Shown: piece by piece, positions 11,065 through 22,444 of the stretch
Layout: every line of letters begins with the position of its first letter
How positions within the stretch are numbered: the first letter of the stretch is position 1
Assembly: GCA_024346625.1 (NCBI GenBank)
Contig: AP024667.1
Location: 620,001-684,000 of the forward strand
Reading direction: 5' to 3'
Source: Williopsis jadinii
Taxonomy: Eukaryota
DNA length: 64,000 nucleotides
The notes under the pieces: model-generated
Database searches by the model: none
What the model was told of the DNA's origin: nothing
The model's input: the letters and a program-made list of their open reading frames with translations, nothing else
Translations under genes and position numbers: made by a program

Positions 11065-12051
11065 CTATGCGTCTATTCTAGGGTACATTCTCACTGTTTG
11101 GCCATCTGGAATTGGATACGTATCTTGTCCATTGTGCCTCTGTGGATACTGGGCAAGTTCTTCGTCTGTGAACGTTCTCTCGTGCTGTGAACTCTCATCG
11201 TTGGAATTGACCAGTGTCTCGATGTTCTGGTCATTATCTGAGAGTACTGCCGGTGGCTTCTCAGCGTTTGCATCGGCCCCATAGTGCTCTTCGTATAGGT
11301 AAAAGCCCTTATTCGTCCAGTCATGGATGTATGGAAGGTTTTTACGGGTCTTCTTTGCCGCAGGGTAGAAGTCCCACGCAAATATGATCCAGATGAATGT
11401 GTACCAGAATGCCAGCGACCATTCGAAACGACCAGACACGCTGTAGTCATCGACTGCAGCAAAACAGATGGCCATGACTATAGCTGCAATTGTCCAGATC
11501 ACGGTCAAGACCGTGTAGATCAGGAACTTATTCCAGGTCTTATGGTGAACGTGGATTTGCTTGTAGTGCCTGGCCATGAGAAGGTGTTCAGTCATTAGGC
11601 ACACGAGCGATAGGAAGAGAAACACGATAAATATCACAAGCATCGAGGCGTGCACAGTATGGAAGTCATTCGTGTTGAAGATTGAGCAAAACAGAATCCC
11701 CAGTTGTCCGATGATGGCTAGGACACACGCGGCAAAGATCAAGTTGCGCTCATCTTTCTTGAACCAATATTGCAACTTGCCAGACTTGCGTAGTCTATAC
11801 TCGAAGACCAACGTGATACAGTAAAAGATCCCCTGTGCACCTGAACAGCTGATGAACAGGGGCTGTAGGTTTGTAGCCCCGATATGTGAGATGTAAACAG
11901 GATCTTGGTACCTTCCAATGAATGCATACATTGGATGGCCTTGGCCTGCCCAGCATATAAGCATGGCTATAAGCATACCATTCCATATCACCATTCCTCC
12001 CAGAGGAATCAGGAAGTACCAGTTCTTCACAGAGCTCAGGTTGTTGAACAT
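11065..12051 (-). CDS. SFK1: Sfk1/Frag1/DRAM family membrane protein
   Basis: About six TM segments; VYISHIGATNLQPLFI motif; divergent from ASK1 as in S. cerevisiae. Confidence 0.88.
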   Translation of the reverse strand: MFNNLSSVKNWYFLIPLGGMVIWNGMLIAMLICWAGQGHPMYAFIGRYQDPVYISHIGATNLQPLFISCSGAQGIFYCITLVFEYRLRKSGKLQYWFKKDERNLIFAACVLAIIGQLGILFCSIFNTNDFHTVHASMLVIFIVFLFLSLVCLMTEHLLMARHYKQIHVHHKTWNKFLIYTVLTVIWTIAAIVMAICFAAVDDYSVSGRFEWSLAFWYTFIWIIFAWDFYPAAKKTRKNLPYIHDWTNKGFYLYEEHYGADANAEKPPAVLSDNDQNIETLVNSNDESSQHERTFTDEELAQYPQRHNGQDTYPIPDGQTVRMYPRIDA

Positions 12052-13162
12052 TGGACTGGTTTAAATGGCTATGATGGCACACGGTTCTGAAGTGTAGACC
12101 AGGACTTGTCTGGTCTCGTGCGATATAAGTATTTCCAGATGAGAGTCCAGGTGGAAGCGACAAGGCTTTTGCTATGCAACCCAGTTGTATGATCTATATT
12201 TATTATGCAATCTCGTTGAAGGGCGCAGTATGATGAAGGCTGTGAGTTGTGGGCTGTGATCACCGTGAGCAGTGTGATCAGAGCACTGTGATCACCGCGA
12301 TCACTGTAGGAGTTTAGATGTGGAACCAAGCAAATCCCAGATAGAGTGGTGATCTGAGGCTCGGCCTTCTCGGCAAGATGTGTCAACAGCTTCTCCGGCT
12401 TAACTTGAACACAACGAATAGTCAAAGTGTACAGACACCTGGGCTGTTAGAGGTGGGAATGGAGCAGAGGACGGTATTTCAACCTTTCAGCACCATACAC
12501 CGAGAAATAGCAACTGCACAGCCATATATAGAATGATCTCTCTGGCACCCCGTTGGAAGTGGACCGGACAGAAAGCACAACGAAATTTTCGCAGCTCATC
12601 GCAACGTCGCGTCAAACGGTTAAAGCTTATTAGAGTTTGTCGTCCCGTGGCCGCAGACGGTGTTAGGGGGGGACCTGCTACTGAGAAGGGAGAAATGTAT
12701 ACATATACAACGGCCTTCGGCAGCCGTGTTTCACCTCATCGCTGGATTGTCTATTAATAGGCGTCAAGCTGGAAGGAAGCGAGTCGGAACCAGCGTCTAT
12801 GTATCAATTGCGTATGATGGATCGGGGTTGATCTGGACAAGCTTCGATGGATTAGAGCACGACCGGTTGGTCGAAGTGATCCGTCCGGCAGCTGCGCCGA
12901 CCACGACCAACGGAGAAGGTTGGCCGCGACGGGAAAAGCGAAAAAAGCGAAAAAAAGCAACAAAAGCAAGGGGCAGTCATGAACGCGAAAAAAGCGACAT
13001 TTTTTGCCATATCCGAGGGACACATCACGTGGTGCCTGGTCCCGGTTTTCGGAAAAGGTACACAACTCCCGTTACCGTGGTAACAGAAACTGTTGTTATT
13101 GAAATTCCGGACAACAAAAAAACACACACGTCCATAAGGAAGATCAACAAAGGCCAGAACAA

Positions 13163-13168
13163 ACGCGT
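13163..13168. promoter_or_regulatory. MCB element upstream of ASK1
   Basis: ACGCGT 40 nt before the ASK1 ATG, with further CGCG cores near 12984 and 13185. Confidence 0.4.
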
Positions 13169-13207
13169 CCCAGCCCACCAAACTCGCGTGTCATATCTGA
13201 TAAAACG

Positions 13208-14626
13208 ATGCCTCCAAAGTACTCACTCTCAGGTAACAGCAGAAGGAAATCTGTTTTCCAAAGTGCCATCAATAACTCCTCGTTGAGTGAAACATCTGCC
13301 CAGGCTGTTGAACTGGAGAGGCTAGAACAAGAGATCACGTTGACGTTACAAGACATTGACAAGTCGTTTGCGCAGTCTCATAAGATCATCAACGATAAAC
13401 TTATCCCCATAGTGAAGAAATATCACTCGAATTCGAGAAAAGTGTGGAATGGTGTGAACTTCTGGAAGACGATGCTGGAGACAAGTGCCAATGTTGAGCT
13501 TCGAGGCTACGAGGAAGCAGCCCAGGAGGTTTCTCAGAGAAGGGACATCAGCGACGACTCTGGCGACATTTCAATGAAGGATTCGAACGAGCAAATGAGC
13601 CCGGTGAAGGTGGACACCTTAGGTACGAACCATGATATCATATTGGAGTCTACGAACCACACACAAGAACAGTTTCAAAAGAGATACACTGATAACCTTA
13701 ACCGGTCTGTATCCACAGACATGTCAACGCCAGAGAAGATTGCTGAGAATCCAATCATGCCCCAGGAGACGCGGAACAACAATGTTGGCTTTGATACCAC
13801 CGACAGCATTTTGCCCCCTGTACCAACTGCAAACATATCAAACACAAATAACGGTTCGGATTTGAACGAAACGACGCCAAGTCTAAGAGACAAAGAGTCT
13901 CGCAACTACATTATGCATCAGAACGGTGATAGTGTTTACAAGGTTGAAGTCTCGCCACGGAAATCCACCGGTGTAAACGAGCCAATTGTATCTTCGATGA
14001 CACCAAAGAAGCCGGCATCAAAGAAGAGGAAATCTATGATTGCGCAAAAGTTTGACTCCTCGCCATTTGATATCGAGACACCTCAACTTCGATCAGAGGT
14101 ACAGTTTAGCCCTGCTAAGAAATACGAATCGCCAGTGCGAAAGACTCGTCAGTCGCTCCCTATGGGAAATGACGAGACTACACAGAGATTCCCACTTACT
14201 CCAAGGTACGGTGGCGGGGGTAACTTGCTGAGAACTCCAGGACAAGTTGCACAGGCTGCCAATACATACTCACAAAACTTCGAAACATCTATACAGAGAG
14301 GAACAACAGCACCAACTCTAGACGACTCTGAAGATGCACCAAACATTTCGCCTCCTGTCACTCTCAACTTTGCCACCGCCGGGAACCCACAAGCCTTGAA
14401 ACATACCACAGCAAGAGAAGCTGCACAGAGCATTGTGAAAGACATATTGAACAACGTCAGTGGGATAAACGATTCAACACACGACCAGTCCTTCCACGAT
14501 GCACCTAGCCATATCCTTCCGGAACCAACGTCAACGCAGGATAAACTGGAGGATTTCGATGAGTACCTCGACAAAGCACCCAAGGATAGAGCTAAGAATC
14601 TCGACTGGAGTGATGACGATAATTAA
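13208..14626 (+). CDS. ASK1: DASH/Dam1 complex subunit Ask1
   Basis: ELERLEQEITLTLQDIDKSF...IIND...VWNGVNFWKTMLETSANVELRGYEE domain; S/T-P-rich disordered tail. Confidence 0.93.
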   Translation: MPPKYSLSGNSRRKSVFQSAINNSSLSETSAQAVELERLEQEITLTLQDIDKSFAQSHKIINDKLIPIVKKYHSNSRKVWNGVNFWKTMLETSANVELRGYEEAAQEVSQRRDISDDSGDISMKDSNEQMSPVKVDTLGTNHDIILESTNHTQEQFQKRYTDNLNRSVSTDMSTPEKIAENPIMPQETRNNNVGFDTTDSILPPVPTANISNTNNGSDLNETTPSLRDKESRNYIMHQNGDSVYKVEVSPRKSTGVNEPIVSSMTPKKPASKKRKSMIAQKFDSSPFDIETPQLRSEVQFSPAKKYESPVRKTRQSLPMGNDETTQRFPLTPRYGGGGNLLRTPGQVAQAANTYSQNFETSIQRGTTAPTLDDSEDAPNISPPVTLNFATAGNPQALKHTTAREAAQSIVKDILNNVSGINDSTHDQSFHDAPSHILPEPTSTQDKLEDFDEYLDKAPKDRAKNLDWSDDDN

Positions 14627-14676
14627 CGGTCCAGCACCTCGGATATCATAGCAAATGGCCTTCTACTTGTAGCACT

Positions 14677-14701
14677 TCATCTCATCTCATCTCATCTCAT
14701 C
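14677..14701. repeat. (TCATC)5 microsatellite
   Basis: Five perfect pentamers between ASK1 and MDM35. Confidence 0.85.
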
Positions 14702-14865
14702 GAGAGCACTGGCACGTGCGCCTACCATAAAATCTCAATTCAGCCGCTGGAGAAAATTATCCACCAACAAAGCCGGGAAAAGCAAATAGAACCGGTACTG
14801 TTAGTAGTTTGCCGTCTTGAAGGGTTCCAGGATAACTGTGACTGGTGTTGATATTGTTCGAGAAT

Positions 14866-15250
14866 ATGGGTAACGTGATGTCGTCCAGTTTTGCCCCAGA
14901 GTGTACCAACGCTAAGAAAGAATACGATGACTGTTTCAACAACTGGTACACCGAGAGTGAGTAGTGTGCTTCATCTTAATCTTGCTTCCCGGATGTTGAT
15001 CTAACAGCTAAACAGAGTTCTTGAAAGGGAAGAGCTTACACAACGAGTGTGAAGACTTATGGCACGATTACAAGGCGTGTGTTGATGTGAGTATTGGATG
15101 GTTTCAGCAGATTGTGTGTGTGTTCTTGACTAACCCACTGAATAGCTTGCGTTAGCGAAACAGGGCATCTTACCAATGTTGGAGGAAGCCAGAGAAGAGG
15201 CGCCTTTTGAGAACGGAGGACTTCAACAGGATTCTGAAGTGAAGAAGTAG
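14866..15250 (+). CDS. MDM35: Twin-CX9C mitochondrial protein Mdm35, 88 aa; exons 14866-14956, 15016-15086, 15146-15250
   Basis: Spliced product MGNVMSSSFAPECTNAKKEYDDCFNNWYTEKFLKGKSLHNECEDLWHDYKACVDLALAKQGI...; two 59-nt GTGAGT...CTAAC...YAG introns restore the frame; missed by the ORF track. Confidence 0.95.
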
Positions 15251-15355
15251 GGAAGCGTCTCAGGGGTATAGAGATCTTGTATATATCAAAAGTACGAAAT
15301 AAAAGAATCTTGTGTGTATATTATACAATGTGTGCTAGGCAAGGAAGATGGTGAC

Positions 15356-16816
15356 CTATGCTTCAGTCTGTTGGGATTTGGTGTACTGTCTCATTCTGTC
15401 AAAGTACAGATTAGGATGTGTCACCTGTTCTTGAACGTGGCCATTAGTCTTCACCTCCAGAACTCTGGAACAAGCGTTGGTGTAATCACCTTTATCGGAG
15501 ATCTCCAAAATTTGTTGAACGTCCTTCTCTTCAAGACCCATCTCTCTCAGCTTTCTGGCCAACGAATCGGATGACAGATCTCTATATGGACATCCATGGT
15601 ATTCCCCCTTCTGTGGTCTTGGTTTCGAAAGGATCGTGCGACAGTCCCATGGTTTATAGTTGATACGACCACCTTCCAGACCATAAGAATGACGAATGTT
15701 ATACTTGTACTCCTTGTTGAACTTGTCAATGGAGACAGATTTGAATTCACCCGACCAGAATGTCAAGGCATCTTCCAACGATAGACCGATTCCCTTGAGG
15801 AAGAGGGTAAACTGTTGACGTGCTGTGTACTTCAAGTGGTGTAAAGTTCTTAGCCCATACATTGCATGTTGGCCACACAGTGGGAATTGATCGACAATCT
15901 CCTTTGACCCGACTGTGATGGCATTGATGTCGCTAGAGTTTTCGTTGGCACCATAAGAATCTTGTGAATAGTTCAAGGAATAACCCGATGAGAGGTGGGT
16001 CAAGATTGGCAAGATCCGGTCATCTTCATCCAACGATGGGAATGCATGGGATGTTGAGATCAATGCGGCCTCCAACTTCGCAGAGAATTCATTCACCAAT
16101 AATTGTAATTGCTGAAACTTTGGTACATAGGCAGTTCCCCTTTGTAAGAAGATGGAACGTTGTGGTAGGAGATCAGTCACGTACTCAAACGGGATCTTGA
16201 TGAATTCTTCTTGTTCAAAATATTTCCTCTTTTGAACGTCATCCAGTTGGAGGACGTAACCCAAGGATGCAGAGATGGAGTTGAACAACTTTGTTGACAG
16301 TTGCTCCTTCTCCTCAGGCGAGATGAAGTCCCATGGCAGGTTCAAACTCTTGACAAACTGTTGCTGCTCAGCGTTTGTCAGCTGGTTGTAACGAATCTTG
16401 AAGAGCGTTGTTTCATTTTTCAAGAACTTTGTCCTTAACTCCTGCGATCTCGAGAAGCATAACCTAAGAATGAAGTGAGAGTAGTAATCCTTCTGTCTCT
16501 CCCTGTTCAGCTTTTCGACATTGGTGGAGTTCAAAGGAAGCGTTTGTTGAATCATTGGAGCGACAATCGATTCAATCTCCTTATAGCTCTTATTTCTAGC
16601 GGCACACGACTCGATCTCATTCAAGATCTTGATACGGTCAATGGCCCAGGTCTCAAACTCATCCAGCGTAATCTCGCCAACTGGAGGAAGCGTATAGAAC
16701 GTGAGCTTCGAGTTGTTGTAAACATTGGCGAGGTAGGCGTTCGGAGTGGATGACGAAATGATAGAACTTTCAAAGTTCTTGCGACCGGCTGTTCTTCTCT
16801 TGGTGCTTCTGAACAT
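15356..16816 (-). CDS. PRI2: DNA primase large subunit
   Basis: KDYYSHFILRLCF, FPLC...HHLKY, KEYKYNIRHSYGLEG and HGCPY Fe-S domain motifs. Confidence 0.97.
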   Translation of the reverse strand: MFRSTKRRTAGRKNFESSIISSSTPNAYLANVYNNSKLTFYTLPPVGEITLDEFETWAIDRIKILNEIESCAARNKSYKEIESIVAPMIQQTLPLNSTNVEKLNRERQKDYYSHFILRLCFSRSQELRTKFLKNETTLFKIRYNQLTNAEQQQFVKSLNLPWDFISPEEKEQLSTKLFNSISASLGYVLQLDDVQKRKYFEQEEFIKIPFEYVTDLLPQRSIFLQRGTAYVPKFQQLQLLVNEFSAKLEAALISTSHAFPSLDEDDRILPILTHLSSGYSLNYSQDSYGANENSSDINAITVGSKEIVDQFPLCGQHAMYGLRTLHHLKYTARQQFTLFLKGIGLSLEDALTFWSGEFKSVSIDKFNKEYKYNIRHSYGLEGGRINYKPWDCRTILSKPRPQKGEYHGCPYRDLSSDSLARKLREMGLEEKDVQQILEISDKGDYTNACSRVLEVKTNGHVQEQVTHPNLYFDRMRQYTKSQQTEA

Positions 16817-16938
16817 GATGGTGCTCTCGTCTCACTGCAGTGCTCCTTTCACACGATACCGCCAACAGAGCAACGCTTTATCTCCCTGAGTTGTTGTTGT
16901 TGTTGTTTAACATAGGGTTTCCGCTAAAGAGAACCACG

Positions 16939-16944
16939 ACGCGT
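16939..16944. promoter_or_regulatory. MCB element upstream of PRI2
   Basis: ACGCGT about 125 nt upstream of a replication gene; additional CGCG cores near 17005 and 17063. Confidence 0.65.
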
Positions 16945-17087
16945 TTGTGTACTGTGCGTGTCCGTAACATAAAGACGACGCTCGAAATCGAAAAAAGTTT
17001 AAACCGCGTCTCTGTGGCGCCTACCGGATTGAGCAGGGGCCACACTGCTCCCCGATGGAATTCGCGTGCGATGATGAGGGAGGACGA

Positions 17088-17617
17088 GCGTCGTAGTGCG
17101 AATGGCGGAGCGAAGGGGATGGTGTGTGGTGATACGATGTACATGCCTACTGACCACTGTTGTTTTCAATTGATGTGCCCAAGTTTGCGTGCTCGAGAGC
17201 CCCCACTGCTCTCTGCTGAAGCTGTGTAGGTCCCCTCCGCCGTCTTCTTCCCACGCAGTGGAGTAAAATTTCCAAGCACGTCTTCCCCGTTGGAAGCACA
17301 CAACAGCACAGCTATCCATTTTGACGGGTCCACGCCGTTCTTATTGGCCAGCTCACTTAGGCAGCAGAGCACAGGGGGCTCCAGAGAGGCCTCGCCACCC
17401 ACAGCAGGGGACAGCAACGGCAGCAACGTTGTCAGCTACAAGGATGAAGATCTCTTCATCCTCATCGCTCTCTTGCCTGTATTAGTCTGCCACTGTGTTA
17501 TCACCATTTTTTCTTCGTATAATCTACACGCTAAACCGCACTACAACTCCAGACGCGCTACGGCGAGGAGGGCGAAGGGGGGTTTCGACAGTGCGGACGG
17601 AACAGCCCACGCCCTCC
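17088..17617 (+). ncRNA. Candidate structured non-coding RNA (identity unknown)
   Basis: Several perfect 8-bp helices nested in register plus side hairpins; G-U pairs favour the + strand; no convincing ATG ORF. Confidence 0.35.
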
Positions 17618-17662
17618 AGGACGGTGGCACAGGCCGCAGCGGGAAAGGGAGGACAACCCAGG

Positions 17663-17691
17663 CAGAGCCTCCCAGACAGAGCCTCCCAGAC
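17663..17691. repeat. 14-bp tandem duplication (CAGAGCCTCCCAGA)x2
   Basis: Seen directly. Confidence 0.8.
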
Positions 17692-18229
17692 CGACTCAAC
17701 ATGGCACCCCCGTGCACACGCTGGCCCACCACAACGGTGTTTCTCCCTCTCCCCAGTAGCCAAAAATGGTGAAGATTACCCTCCTGCCTCCAACATTAGC
17801 TCAACCCGCCAGAACACACAGCACAACACCACCACAACACCACCTCCCGCAACAACAACGCTGTAGCCCGTAGTGCTCTCTCTAACCACCGCCAGCACCT
17901 CCTCCACCAGCACACCCTCATCAGCACGCCCTCACCAGCCCGCTGTCTCCCGTCCGCAGCGCCGCAATCGCTTGTAAACGTCGTCTCCGAGCCCTCCTCC
18001 AGTGTTTTTCCTCTTGCACCAGCGAGAGCGCACCAAGAAGAGCAAAAAACTTGTGAGAGGGTTTTGCACGAACGCCCAATTATCGAAAACATGGCCGTGT
18101 TCCCAAACACCTGCCGGTCCCGCTGATAAAAGCCCAAAGGCCAAAAATTTTTGCCCCTTCTTAACCAAACCAAGCGGTTTATTCAGTATCAACAGCTTAC
18201 AAGCAAAGCACCCTGGGTTGAAATCAACA

Positions 18230-21200
18230 ATGGCGGGTGTGAAGTCTAGCGATAACCAGGTGAGTTTGACGAAGCGCAGTAGCGGCCGTGTGTCTGTGGT
18301 CTGTGGACTGTGGTGTGTCGACCCAGCATTCAGGTGAAGGGGTTGGCGAGGATGGAGGCCAGTACCACGGCGCCACGGCGCTTGCGAGGAGGGTGTGCGT
18401 GTGCACAGTGGATAGGCGTGTATACTAACGAGAACGTTGCACAGAGGATGGCCATCTCATCGATCTTGTCGTCTCCACAGAAGCCGCTGGCTGATGATGT
18501 GCCGGGTGCTTCGAGCCCAGCTGCGAATGGCACGGAGAGCAAGGAGGCACAGGCGGCGCCAGTGACAGAGGTGGAGTCGTCAGGCGGACAGCACGAGTCG
18601 AAGCATCAACATCAGCATTCGAGTGCTCAACAGACGCTGTTTCTGACCCGACCTGAAGATCTCGTTGATGATCCGACTGCGAACTCTCTCAGCGAATCTA
18701 CAACGCTCCCAGAGGACTTCCTGGAGCGGCTAGCTGAAGCTAACGACCTGAAGTACAAGGATCAGAAGGAGAGCTACCTGTACAGGCTCAAGTCCCAACT
18801 CGCGCATATCACCACTCTGGACCTTTTGTTGATGAAGGCTGATAACTGGGACTATCTGAACGCTGAAGAGTTTGAATTTCTCAACAAGGCATCTGCGGAC
18901 AACCTGGAGGTGAAGAAGCTCTTGAAACAACTGTCCACCGTGGAGGTGATCAAAAAGGAATCCAAGAAGAAGAAAGCTGCGCTGAAAAAACAGGTTGAGT
19001 CGAAGAAGCGTAAACTGGAGGACTCCACTGACCGCCGCACAAAGCCTCAGAGTAAGAAGAAGAATGGGTACGTTGAAATCGTCAGTAAACCACCAAAGGC
19101 ATCAGCACGTAACGGAGACTCTGCTGCAAAGGAAGGAACAAGGGTAACAAAGACCCGTTTCCAAAGACAGGCAAAGACCAACGCATCTTCTAAGATCGAG
19201 GCGGCGCTTCATAGTGCTCCGCTAAAGAAAGAACGGAAGGAAGAAGTTGCACCAGAAGACACACCTGCTGTGAAGAAGAGCTCGTCCATGAGCGCAAAGG
19301 ATCTAAAGGCTGTCAAGAGACAATATGATAATGTCTATTTCACTATATGGAAGGATTTGTCGAGAAAAGATGCACCAAAGATTCACAGAATGATACAACA
19401 AGCCACACAGACTAAGCTTACAAACTTGAGAAAGACATCTGTTCTGTGTGTGAGGGAGAGTAAAAAATGGCAAATTCGTACCAACAAATCCCAAAAGGAC
19501 ATGCAGGCGAAGGCTAGACGTGGTATGAGAGAAATGTTTAGCTTCTGGAAGCGTAACGAAAGGGAGGAACGTGATTTGCGTAAGAAGGCCGAGAAGGAGG
19601 CCTTGGACCAGGCTAAGCGTGAAGAAGAGGAGAGAGAAGCTAGAAGACAAGCTAGAAAGTTGAACTTTTTGATTACCCAAACGGAGTTGTACTCGCATTT
19701 CATCGGTAGAAAGATCAAAACTGATGAAATTGAAGGAAATGCCACTGGTATTCTGGGCGAAAATGGTCACACTGACATTGCACCTCCGGAAAACGCCACC
19801 AAGACTGATTTCAGCCAGTTAGATTTCGACTCTGATAACGAAGATGAAATCCATAAAGCTGCTGCTGCTAATGCACAGAGTGCTCTCTTAGATGCACAAA
19901 ATAGAGCTAGAGAGTTTGATGCCAAATCTTCTTCATCCGAATTGAAGCAAGTTGATATCGATGATGATGATCTCAACTTCCAGAACCCAACCTCGCTTGG
20001 TGATATCACAATTGAACAACCAAAACTTCTCAGTTGTACTTTGAAAGAATACCAAGTCAAGGGTTTGAACTGGCTTGCAAATTTGTACGATCAAGGTATC
20101 AACGGTATCCTTGCTGATGAAATGGGTTTAGGTAAAACTGTTCAGTCCATTTCAGTATTGGCATATTTAGCTGAAACTCATAATATTTGGGGCCCGTTCC
20201 TTGTTGTCTCACCAGCTTCTACTTTACATAACTGGCAACAAGAAGTGGCCAAGTTTGTTCCAGATTTCAAGGTTCTACCATATTGGGGTAATGCAAAAGA
20301 TCGTAAGGTGTTGAGAAAGTTCTGGGACAGAAAGAATGTCAGATATACAAAGGATTCTCCATTCCATGTTCTTGTCACATCGTACCAATTGGTTGTTGCA
20401 GATATTCAATATTTTCAAAGAATTAAGTGGCAATATATGATCCTGGATGAAGCACAGGCCATCAAATCTTCATCATCTTCTAGATGGAAATCGTTACTTG
20501 GATTGCAATGTCGTAACAGACTCTTATTGACTGGTACACCAATCCAAAACTCCATGCAAGAACTTTGGGCATTGTTGCATTTTATCATGCCCACTTTATT
20601 TGATAACCACGACGAATTTAGTGAATGGTTTTCCAAGGATATTGAGAGTCATGCTCAGTCCAACACCGAATTGAACGAACAACAACTACGTCGTTTACAT
20701 GCACTTTTGAAACCCTTCATGTTGCGTCGTATCAAGAAAAACGTGCAGTCTGAATTGGGAGACAAGATTGAGATTGATGTTTACTGCAACTTGACTAACA
20801 GACAAAAGAAGCTATACAAGATTTTGAGATCACAAATTTCCTTGATGGATTTACTTGAAAAGGCGACATCTGGAAGCGACGACTCAAACCAAAGTTTGAT
20901 CAATTTGGTTATGCAGTTTAGAAAGGTTTGTAACCACCCTGATTTGTTTGAAAGAGATGACGTCAAGAGCCCTTTTTCATTCGGTTCGTTCGCTGAGACT
21001 GGTTCGTTTTTGAGAGAGACGAATGGATTAGAGTGTGCATACACAACCAAAAACGCTATATCATATCACATCCCCAAACTTCTTTACAGAGACTTGCTTT
21101 CTCCAAATGAAAACAATGCTGTTGATACGAGGAACAGCATCCTCAATCACCTCTTTAATATATGGAACCCAGAGTACATCAATGACAATTTGGAAGGTGA

Positions 21201-22371
21201 TGATGCATTCTCTTGGTTAAGGTTTGTTGATTCAACGCCAACCGAAGTGGCCCAAGTTTCGAAGAAGAATATTATCGAAAGGGCTATCGATGCACGTACA
21301 TATTGTGAGTCTGAACTGCAACCTGCCGATGACAAGAAGTTCTTGTTGTTGACCAGCAAGCAGGAGAGTATCGCACCGCACTTGAAGGAAGTACAGAAGA
21401 CTGTTTATCATGATACGTATATGAATGTCCAGAATCATGGTTCAATGGACCATGCTTCTGCACCACCTGTTGACGTGGTGTGTCATGATAGAGCATTTGT
21501 TTATGAGAAAGAGAGATCGTTATTCAATCCAAAGATTAGACAAGCATTATCTCCTTTGTCACTAAACACACAGTATGAGTTAATGGAGAATGGTGTACCA
21601 GTATCTGAGTTCCCTAAAGCTGAAATGCTACCTCAAGCTTTAAGCAATAAAGCTGGATACTCTTCAATCAAGATGCCTTCTATGAATAGATTCATTAAGG
21701 ATTCTGCTAAATTGGCGAAATTGGACGAGATGTTACCAAAATTAAAGGCTGAAGATCACAGAGTATTGATCTATTTCCAAATGACAAAGATGATGGATTT
21801 GATGGAGGAGTATTTGACCTACAGACAGTTCAAGTTTATTAGATTGGACGGTTCTTCCAAGCTTGAAGATCGTCGTGATTTGGTTAATGATTGGCAAACT
21901 CGACCAGAAATTTTTGTCTTTTTGCTTTCTACAAGAGCAGGAGGGTTGGGTATTAATTTGACAGCTGCAGATACTGTTATTTTCTATGACTCTGACTGGA
22001 ATCCAACAATTGACTCACAAGCTATGGATAGGGCTCATAGATTGGGTCAGACTCGTCAAGTCACTGTGTACAGACTACTTGTCCGTGGAACCATCGAGGA
22101 AAGAATGAGAGATCGTGCCAAACAAAAAGAACATGTCCAGCAAGTTGTTATGGAAGGCAAGGGAACATCTGGTTCAGAACAAGATACAACCAGCTTCCAG
22201 AAACCAACAAGGGAGGTTGCATTGTGGTTGTTGGATGAAGATGAGGGCGGTGCTAATGCTCTCAAGAATAAGCAACTGGAAGCGGAAGAAAAGAAAGCAA
22301 AGCGTAAGAAAATGTTAGAGCAAAAAGCTGAGGCTAAAGCTGCTAAGCTCAATACAGTAGCTATCAGTTGA
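18230..22371 (+). CDS. INO80: Chromatin-remodelling ATPase Ino80; exons 18230-18259 and 18445-22371
   Basis: DBINO/HSA domain ([19 protein letters not shown]), [16 protein letters not shown], split helicase; intron GTGAGT (18260)...TACTAAC (18423)...CAG (18444) joins [10 protein letters not shown] in frame. Confidence 0.95.
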
Positions 22372-22444
22372 GTACTTAATGAAGAAAACGTCTCTTTTTG
22401 TTGATAATCTTCTAGTTCAGCCACATTGCGACATTTAAGCTAAT

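Noticed and set aside
12660..13286. 208-aa ORF overlapping the ASK1 start
   Set aside because: GTG start; its Lys runs come from promoter A-tracts in the SFK1/ASK1 divergent promoter
16878..16913. Minus-strand uORF MLNNNNNNSGR before PRI2
   Set aside because: ATG is only 26 nt from the MCB so probably upstream of the TSS; the Asn run is an (AAC)n microsatellite
17071..17153. Box C (ATGATGA) and box D (CTGA) about 80 nt apart
   Set aside because: No rRNA-complementary guide recognised and no terminal stem
17290..17772. 160-aa ORF with a hydrophobic stretch
   Set aside because: TTG start in GC-rich DNA where long frames occur on both strands by chance
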